Below are positions 1-5,851 of a DNA stretch of 64,000 bases, piece after piece. Within the stretch, counting starts at the first letter, position 1; each line of letters starts with the position of its first letter. The translations under genes were made by a program, and so were the position numbers. This stretch comes from Clostridiaceae bacterium (GTDB lineage: Bacteria; Bacillota; Clostridia; Oscillospirales; QAMX01), in contig JAYFRF010000001.1 of NCBI GenBank assembly GCA_034926225.1, positions 165,962-229,961 on the forward strand. The letters are read 5' to 3'. The notes under the pieces are model-generated. The model had not been told where the DNA came from. It made no database searches and was given only the letters and a program-made list of their open reading frames with translations.

Positions 1-85
1 TTACAAATATTCAGCTAAGACATCCAGCCTGACCACTTGACTATCAAAACTTCCCTTTTGGACTTGTTCCCAGGAACCTGCTAAA
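1..85 (-). repeat. Conserved intergenic module, copy R0 (partial; central unit missing, distal part cut by window edge)
   Basis: Plus strand reads GACATCCAGCCTGACCAC (19-36), then a CAAAA/TTTTG hairpin, then TTGGACTTGTTCC..GAACC. It aligns with copies R1-R3. Confidence 0.6.
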
Positions 86-89
86 CACC

Positions 90-761
90 TTATTTTATCT
101 GTTTGTTATAAATAATATTACACATGTGTCTATTGGGGTCATTATCAAAGGTAATAATGGCGTCAGAAAGAATAGCGCCCCATTCGCGCAATACACAAAC
201 TGCATCTTCAATAATTCTCAAGGTTGAATCTTCTTCTGTTAATAAATAGCTCAATTCTTTTTTGGGCTGTAATCTGATATTTTCTACTCCCATCTGCGGT
301 AATATTGATTCTAATGTTTTGCACTCAAACAGTGAACTTTTAACGCAACTGAATTGAAACCAACCATAATTATTAAAGTTATAGAGTTCTTTGGTTCCCC
401 ATTTCTCAAAAGCATACTCAACGTGAGTTGTACCTATACCGACTGGACATTTCAAATGCTCCAAGGCGTATGTAACAATCGTACCCAATTCATCTAGTTT
501 CCCTTTTTCACCATAATGGCTCCAATATGCTACTGCAAAATCATTGACCAGCTGTTCCTCGTTGACAGGGTGAGGGCGTGCATCACTATTGAACCACATA
601 AGACCGTGGCCTAATTCATGTATTAGATTATACCAATGAAAGTAGAGCTCAAACCTCTCTTTAGCATCTTCCCCTCCGAAAAGCAGGTCAACGATCTTGT
701 TATCATCAGGCGTTCCTTTCCCGTATCTACCCGTGATTATTTCTATAACTTTTTCATACAT
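90..761 (-). CDS. Hypothetical zincin-like protein with an HExxH motif (IHELGHGLMW)
   Basis: 223-aa ORF with a GGAGGG Shine-Dalgarno about 10 nt upstream of the ATG. It has a single HELGH motif. I do not recognise the family. AT-rich codon usage. Confidence 0.6.
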   Translation of the reverse strand: MYEKVIEIITGRYGKGTPDDNKIVDLLFGGEDAKERFELYFHWYNLIHELGHGLMWFNSDARPHPVNEEQLVNDFAVAYWSHYGEKGKLDELGTIVTYALEHLKCPVGIGTTHVEYAFEKWGTKELYNFNNYGWFQFSCVKSSLFECKTLESILPQMGVENIRLQPKKELSYLLTEEDSTLRIIEDAVCVLREWGAILSDAIITFDNDPNRHMCNIIYNKQIK

Positions 762-802
762 ATCTATACAGCCCTCCTACACATAATAAAAATTTCTTTG
801 TA

Positions 803-852
803 CTATTGCACTTTCTTTGTAATCAATACCACGACTCAACGTGGGATGGCAC
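803..852 (-). pseudogene. Displaced, degenerate copy of the rlmD 3' terminus (copy 3)
   Basis: Minus strand reads ..CACGTTGAGTCGTGGTATTGATTACAAAGAAAGTGCAATAG. This gives HVE then, after a 1-nt deletion, VVLITKKVQ*. The resident rlmD end is HVETVVLMSRVEK*. It shares the GTATTGAT core. Confidence 0.6.
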
Positions 853-915
853 AAATCATCTTAAATATCTTTTACTTAATTCTGCAAGTGCGTTATTTTC
901 TCATAATTTATCCCC

Positions 916-1578
916 CTATTTTGTATTCCACGGAATAGGAGCGTTCAACTCTATTGTTCCGGCCATAATAGGCGTTTTCTCCCCTGTATCCGGATTGGTA
1001 GGCTGGTCGATTTGATACAAAAACCCTGTCTTTCCGTATCTGCCAAGCTTGCTTTGGTTATAGTAGTCGCTGTCCAGGCAAATGTTGACGGTTTTCAATG
1101 CGACCGTCACTTCACGGCACCCAAAAAAACCGGCATTCTCGAATAGTTCATGTTCCCATAAAAACTCACATTCAATGTTGAGAAAACACTCTTTGATCCG
1201 CGGTGCGTTGACCTTCACGGCTCTTTCCGCCGTCAAACCAGTGACGGTAATTTCATCCGTCTCAAATTCATTGTTCCCAATTGTTTTTATACAGCGGTCA
1301 TATATATCATATGAAGGAAAGTTTAGCACGCAAACTCCGGTTTCTTTGAGCGATTGATACATATGTCCGCTTTTTGAGACTGCGCCCATAATACAGATAA
1401 ATTCATCTTTCCCGCCTCCTACAAAAGTTGACCATGATTGTAGACAAGCGTTTTCTTTCCCGTTTGATTTCCAGCCTGTGACGACGAATACCAAAGATGG
1501 CATGGCTGTCAAAAAGCCCTGCCATGTACACCATGGTTCAGTAATTTTTTCAGGTCTTGTAGAAAATTCCTTTTTCAT
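916..1578 (-). CDS. Flavin reductase-like (FMN-binding split-barrel) family protein
   Basis: 220-aa ORF with a GGGAGGG SD. The sequence pattern (..PSLVFVVTG..NG.EN..L.SW.TFV...) is typical of flavin reductase-like domain proteins. AT-rich. Confidence 0.6.
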   Translation of the reverse strand: MKKEFSTRPEKITEPWCTWQGFLTAMPSLVFVVTGWKSNGKENACLQSWSTFVGGGKDEFICIMGAVSKSGHMYQSLKETGVCVLNFPSYDIYDRCIKTIGNNEFETDEITVTGLTAERAVKVNAPRIKECFLNIECEFLWEHELFENAGFFGCREVTVALKTVNICLDSDYYNQSKLGRYGKTGFLYQIDQPTNPDTGEKTPIMAGTIELNAPIPWNTK

Positions 1579-1706
1579 GACATTACCCTCCCATACCGTA
1601 TATAAATTATATGTAATTCAAATCTATCAGAATGTCTGATATCCCTATTAACGTGAATCCATTTTGTTATTTCACAGACAAATAAACATATTATTATATT
1701 TCGAGT

Positions 1707-1877
1707 ATGTTGGTTAGCCTATTCTACTAACCACAAAACCTTGCCAAAATCAAATCACAAACCCATGTTAACTAAACTGACCACTCCCTAAGAGCCGACA
1801 TCTAAAATCGCTCTGTACGGGTCAAAATCATGCCGTTGGACTTGTTTCCACGAACCGAATTATAATGATTTTTACAC
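1707..1877 (-). repeat. Conserved intergenic module, copy R1
   Basis: Plus strand: ATGTTGGTTAGCCTATTCTA ... CTGACCAC ... GACATCTAAAATCGCTCTGT ... hairpin ... TTGGACTTGTTTCCACGAACCGAATTATAATGATTTTTACAC. It aligns with R2 and R3. Confidence 0.7.
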
Positions 1878-1955
1878 AATGGGCTTCGCACCATGTGTGC
1901 TTAACCCTTTATTTTATAAGGGCTATAATCATACCCATCTTTATATAAACTCCAC

Positions 1956-2804
1956 TCAGCAAAATGCGATTATCAAACCTCCGCGCTCGGCATAGAAACT
2001 ATCAAGCCCTCTTGTTTTTAGAATTGTCACTTTTGCGCTTTCCCAAAGTTGGAGAACGCCTGTGCGGACTTTATCAGCCATTTCTTCGTTAAAGCAATGG
2101 CTGATAGCTACCTCACCGCCTTGAAATCCACGCTGCTTCAAGTCGTCCAGTATCATGTCTATAACCTTGTCTGTTCCCCTTGCTTTTCCCTTAATCGCAA
2201 TTTTACCCTCAACGCTTGCTATTCCAACACCCCACATGCCAAATGCCTTAGCAATAAACCCTTTGAGTTTGCTCATTCGTCCGTTCTTTACGAGATTGTT
2301 AAAAGAAGATAGGGCAAAAGTAGTTTTAGTTTCCTCTAAGAACTTTTCTGCTTTTTCTACTATTGTTTCAATGGTTTGGTGACCTTTGATCCATTCAGCA
2401 ATATGATGAATACAGAGAGCGATCTCAGGACCTGTGGAAAGGGAATCCAAAACAACAATTCTCTTTTCCGGATGCTCTGACATTACTATATCGACAGCTG
2501 CCATAGCACTGTTATAACTGCCTGATAAATTGGCAGATATCGTGATCGCTATAGTTGTTTCTGCATTTTTAAACTGCTCTACCCACGCACCCGGGGAAGG
2601 ACAAGCAGAGGAACTAGCAGTGGGAAGTGCTTCCATATCATCAAGCATTTTGAGAACATCCAACTGCTCGTCATCTATATAATCAAGCTTTCCGACACTA
2701 AGGACAAATTCGACGGTAGAAAAACCGACCTCCTCACAGTCCACATCTTTTTTCATCAAATCGCAGGAAGAGTCTGCAACAATGTTCCATTTCATACTTA
2801 TCAT
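1956..2804 (-). CDS. degV: DegV family fatty-acid-binding protein
   Basis: 282-aa ORF with DegV hallmarks (IVADSSCDL near the N-terminus, LSGSYNSA). The start may instead be the ATG at 2795 (MKWNIV..). Confidence 0.85.
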   Translation of the reverse strand: MISMKWNIVADSSCDLMKKDVDCEEVGFSTVEFVLSVGKLDYIDDEQLDVLKMLDDMEALPTASSSACPSPGAWVEQFKNAETTIAITISANLSGSYNSAMAAVDIVMSEHPEKRIVVLDSLSTGPEIALCIHHIAEWIKGHQTIETIVEKAEKFLEETKTTFALSSFNNLVKNGRMSKLKGFIAKAFGMWGVGIASVEGKIAIKGKARGTDKVIDMILDDLKQRGFQGGEVAISHCFNEEMADKVRTGVLQLWESAKVTILKTRGLDSFYAERGGLIIAFC

Positions 2805-2849
2805 TATTTCCTAAACATTTTTTTGTGTAATAATTTTTGAGTACATCAA

Positions 2850-2974
2850 GGTTACCTAACTATGACATCTAACTTGACCACTCGCCAAGCACCGACATCT
2901 AAATCGCTCTGTCAAATTCGAAATCATAGCTTTTGACTTGTTTCCGTGAACCGAATTATCACGATTTTTTACAT
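2850..2974 (-). repeat. Conserved intergenic module, copy R2
   Basis: Plus strand: GGTTACCTAACTA-GACATCTAACTTGACCAC-N11-GACATCTAAATCGCTCTGT-GTCAAA/TTTGAC hairpin-TTGACTTGTTTCCGTGAACCGAATTATCACGATTTTTTACA. It lies directly downstream of rlmD-end copy 1. Confidence 0.7.
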
Positions 2975-3028
2975 TGGTTTGAACTCTCGAATCTTGAAAG
3001 GCTCATATATACTAGACTGTCCATGTAA

Positions 3029-3091
3029 TCATTTTTCGACCTTTGGCATCAATACTACATACCAAACGTGAGTGGTCGATATGGATGTCAC
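3029..3091 (-). pseudogene. Displaced, diverged copy of the rlmD 3' terminus (copy 1)
   Basis: Minus strand reads CACGTTTGGTATGTAGTATTGATGCCAAAGGTCGAAAAATGA, giving HVWYVVLMPKVEK*. The resident end is HVETVVLMSRVEK*. Hand alignment gives about 70% nucleotide identity, with a 12-nt perfect block CATCAATACTAC. Confidence 0.7.
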
Positions 3092-3149
3092 CCGATATTT
3101 TTCGTATAACAGGTGTTGTAGAACGCAAAGTTTATATCTTTCTGTACTT

Positions 3150-3208
3150 TTATGGCTTCATCAATACAACTGTCTCAACCTGTGTGTTCGTGGAAACATG
3201 TCGACATC
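3150..3208 (-). pseudogene. Displaced, diverged copy of the rlmD 3' terminus (copy 2, frameshifted)
   Basis: Minus strand reads GTCGACATGTTTCCACGAACACACAGGTTGAGACAGTTGTATTGATGAAGCCATAA. This gives VDMFPRT.H then, after a frameshift, VETVVLMKP*. The resident end is VDMFPRTAHVETVVLMSRVEK*. Confidence 0.7.
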
Positions 3209-3257
3209 ATTCTATATATGTGTTCATATAAATGATGTATTTATGCTGGTTTAACAT

Positions 3258-3353
3258 TCATTCTGACCTCTCAAGAAATAAGTAAATACCTACACGCTTT
3301 TCTCGCTTTGGAGGTAATGGTGGGATGAAATGAATTGTTTTATTATCAGCCAT
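3258..3353 (-). pseudogene. 31-codon stub resembling the N-terminus of a large serine recombinase (truncated)
   Basis: GGAGG lies 7 nt upstream of the ATG. The product is MADNKTIHFIPPLPPKREKRVGIYLFLERSE*. The ..IP.....KRVGIY.. segment resembles the leader running into the catalytic (K/R)xxxYxRVS motif, but the ORF breaks right after GIY. Assigned from memory of the family only. Confidence 0.35.
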
Positions 3354-3403
3354 TACAAAACCTCCGTTATTACAATTTCATTGTAAAATAGCGGTTTAAT
3401 TTT

Positions 3404-4171
3404 TCAATCTATTTTTCTCCATTTTAAATTTAGCGCTTTGATAAACGAACCCGTATAATTTAAATCCTCTTTATCCAAATCTTCATCTGCCCAAAAAACA
3501 CATTCATCTTCAACGAATAAGCATGCGCCAAAGATTTCTCGGCTATAATTTTCCAGCGCAGGCCTTAAATTCATTGATATCAGACCCTCAAAGTGAAGTT
3601 CGACAATACCATACCAACCGGAATTATTGAAGGTTACAATCAAATTCCTTTGACTATAATCCTCAACATACTGTAATTTATCAAGTGTTGAATCATGAAA
3701 TCCCGTAAACACATTTAATAACGTGTCCGCATCACTTTGAGTCTTAATATATGTCCACTGGTCAGTGTCACTTGGTTCCCTCACTTGAATTGAACACTCA
3801 CTTCTTGGTACGAACCTGTCTCGAAGAATTCTGTGCATAAAATCAAAGTCCTGATAAATCTCAGCATATCCGGAATATTGTTTTATAAAAGCATTTATAC
3901 CATTGCTCTTAAAGAAACGGTTGAGCTTTAAAACATTAACTTTATCATATGTTACCCATTCATTTCTGTCGGAATTGATTATCTCTATCAATGGGAGTAA
4001 CACGCTCTGGTCCTTGGTTTCTTTATCCAGATAATCCACTATCTCGAACGCGTCCTCTCTTGGGTTGAATACGATGTTGCGCTCATAATACCCTATATCA
4101 AGTTTTCCATAAATGATAGATTTATAGAAAAATCCGGTCTTTTTATCAAACACACGCGCAAACATTATCAT
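3404..4171 (-). CDS. Hypothetical protein (no recognisable domain)
   Basis: The ORF is open from 4222, but the AAGAGGAGG SD sits just before the ATGs at 4171 and 4165 (MIMFARVFDKK..). AT-rich. No motif recognised. Confidence 0.6.
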   Translation of the reverse strand: MIMFARVFDKKTGFFYKSIIYGKLDIGYYERNIVFNPREDAFEIVDYLDKETKDQSVLLPLIEIINSDRNEWVTYDKVNVLKLNRFFKSNGINAFIKQYSGYAEIYQDFDFMHRILRDRFVPRSECSIQVREPSDTDQWTYIKTQSDADTLLNVFTGFHDSTLDKLQYVEDYSQRNLIVTFNNSGWYGIVELHFEGLISMNLRPALENYSREIFGACLFVEDECVFWADEDLDKEDLNYTGSFIKALNLKWRKID

Positions 4172-4221
4172 CAACCTCCTCTTAACACTATGGCTATTAA
4201 TCATTTTGGCATATTTCAGCA

Positions 4222-4400
4222 ATGTTGATTAGCCTATTTTAGCTTTTTTATGTTAACATCCAACCTGACCACACAACCTTGGAAAATCCAAAAAACATCT
4301 AAATCGACTACTCGTCAAACACTGACATCTAAATCGCTCTGTCACAAAGAATATCGCTTGTTTCGACCTGTTCCCCCAAGGCAAAGAACCGACAAATTTT
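4222..4400 (-). repeat. Conserved intergenic module, copy R3 (with one extra 30-nt sub-unit)
   Basis: Plus strand: ATGTTGATTAGCCTATTTTA..AACATCCAACCTGACCAC..AACATCTAAATCGAC..GACATCTAAATCGCTCTGT..ACAAG/CTTGT hairpin..GACCTGTTCCC..GAACCGAC. It lies directly downstream of the resident rlmD stop and terminator. Confidence 0.7.
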
Positions 4401-4427
4401 AAGTAACGGTTTTTAGTAACAAATCCT

Positions 4428-4452
4428 GAAAAGCCTTTATTTCAAGGCTTTC
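4428..4452 (-). terminator. Stem-loop just after the rlmD stop (probable terminator)
   Basis: GAAAAGCCTT / AAGGCTTTC inverted repeat with a 6-nt loop, about 8 nt downstream of the rlmD stop. The U-run is weak. Confidence 0.45.
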
Positions 4453-4459
4453 CAAACCT

Positions 4460-5851
4460 CTACTTTTCTACCCTTGACATCAATACTACCGTCTCAACGT
4501 GTGCCGTACGGGGGAACATATCCACCGCTCTTGCGCGTACGGGGGCATAACTCCCGGCAAGGCGTTTGATATCCCGAGCCAGCGTTGCGGGGTCGCAGGA
4601 TACATACACAATCCGTTCGGGAGCCAGCGTAATCAGCATCGCAGCAGCATCCTCGGACAATCCTTTACGCGGGGGATCGACGATGATCGCATCGAAATGG
4701 TCGTTTACGGCGAGGGTTTTGGCATACTCGCCCGCATCTCCACAGTGGAAATCCGCATTCACGATACCATTCGCTGTAGCGTTCTCCCGAGCGTCGCAGA
4801 CGGCAGCTTCTACGATCTCGACGCCGGTCACATGTTCACAGACATCGGCACAGAACAAGCCGATGGTTCCGGTACCGCAGTAAAGATCCAAGAGGCGGCG
4901 GGGATGGTACGGGATACCGGTGTCGGAATGGGTCAGAAACGCTTTGGCACAGGAGTAAAGCTTGGCCGCAGCGAGTGGATTGACTTGAAAAAACGATGCG
5001 GGACGGAGTCGGAACGCAAGGGCGCCGATGGTATCGGTCAGCGTCTCGTCGCCCCAGAGGGTGATAAACTCCCGCCCGAGGATGACATTGGTTCGGACGG
5101 CATTGATGTTTAAAACGATACCGCTGACCGTAAGGCAGGCGGAACGGACAGCGTCGATAAGGGCTTCTTTGTGTGGGATCTCGCGTTTTGCGGCGACGAG
5201 TGTCAGGACAGTGTGTCGATCCTGAAAGGAGGTGCGAACACAGATATGACGGATCAGCCCGTGCCCGGAAAGCTCATTATAAGCGGGAATGCCGTGTGCA
5301 TTCATCCAACCCAGGACAGCCTGTGAAACCGCGGCAGCTTCCGGGGTTTGCAGACGGCAGTATTCTGTGGGTATGACGTCGTGCGTATTGGTACGGTAGA
5401 ATCCGCAGACGGCTTTCCCCGCCTCCCCTGCCACGGGGAACTGTGCGCGGTTGCGGTAGACGTCCACGAGCGGGGATGGAATAATCGGTTCTAACGGGAC
5501 GGAGATACCTGCGATGCGTTCGAAAGCGTCGCGTACCTTTTGTTCCTTATAGCGGAGCTCTTCCGCGTAGGTCATATGCCGTAATGCGCAGCCGCCGCAT
5601 TTGGGATAAACTGCGCAGTCCGGACAGATGCGTTCGGGGGATTCATCAACGACCCGCTCGAGCTTGCCAAAGGCATATGTTTTCTGTACCTTTAAAATAC
5701 GCAGGTCAACCGTTTCCCCAGCGATGGCGCAGGGCGTAAAGACGGCCATGCCATCGATATGGGTTACTCCCGCGCCTTCGCTGGTGTAGCCATCGATGGC
5801 GGCGGTTACGATGTCGTTTTTACGCATGTTCATAAAATACCGCACTTTCAT
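4460..5851 (-). CDS. rlmD: 23S rRNA (uracil-C5)-methyltransferase, RlmD/RumA (TrmA) family
   Basis: It has an N-terminal TRAM-like domain, a Cys cluster (CPDC..C..CGGC) for an Fe-S centre and a class I SAM-MTase core (DLYCGTGTIG; DPPRKG). The start is uncertain: 5851, 5833 or 5827, all overlapping the upstream gene's end. Confidence 0.9.
   Translation of the reverse strand: MKVRYFMNMRKNDIVTAAIDGYTSEGAGVTHIDGMAVFTPCAIAGETVDLRILKVQKTYAFGKLERVVDESPERICPDCAVYPKCGGCALRHMTYAEELRYKEQKVRDAFERIAGISVPLEPIIPSPLVDVYRNRAQFPVAGEAGKAVCGFYRTNTHDVIPTEYCRLQTPEAAAVSQAVLGWMNAHGIPAYNELSGHGLIRHICVRTSFQDRHTVLTLVAAKREIPHKEALIDAVRSACLTVSGIVLNINAVRTNVILGREFITLWGDETLTDTIGALAFRLRPASFFQVNPLAAAKLYSCAKAFLTHSDTGIPYHPRRLLDLYCGTGTIGLFCADVCEHVTGVEIVEAAVCDARENATANGIVNADFHCGDAGEYAKTLAVNDHFDAIIVDPPRKGLSEDAAAMLITLAPERIVYVSCDPATLARDIKRLAGSYAPVRARAVDMFPRTAHVETVVLMSRVEK

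Larger units (their letters stand above)
1..4459 (-). mobile_element. AT-rich accretion island abutting the 3' end of rlmD (decayed integrative-element or cassette array; continues beyond window start)
   Basis: Composition drops to AT-rich immediately downstream of the rlmD stop (4460). All genes are co-oriented on the minus strand. There are four copies of a conserved intergenic module, three displaced copies of the rlmD 3' terminus and a recombinase-like 31-codon stub. No intact recombinase is in the window. Confidence 0.55.

Noticed and set aside
2931-2966. Plus-strand promoter-like hexamers inside the modules (TTGACT-18-TATCAC in R2; TTGGAC-19-TATAAT in R1)
   Set aside because: They would fire antisense to every neighbouring gene. 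The spacing is suboptimal, and the motif is not preserved in R3 or R0. They were noted only as a possible antisense signal.
1707-4400. The junction modules as integron attC sites (the plus strand contains ATCTAAC, which fits the RYYYAAC inverse core)
   Set aside because: No complementary GTTRRRY partner sits on the same strand at attC distance. There is no R''-L''/L'-R' imperfect palindrome. No IntI-type tyrosine integrase or attI is present. The repeats are direct, not inverted.
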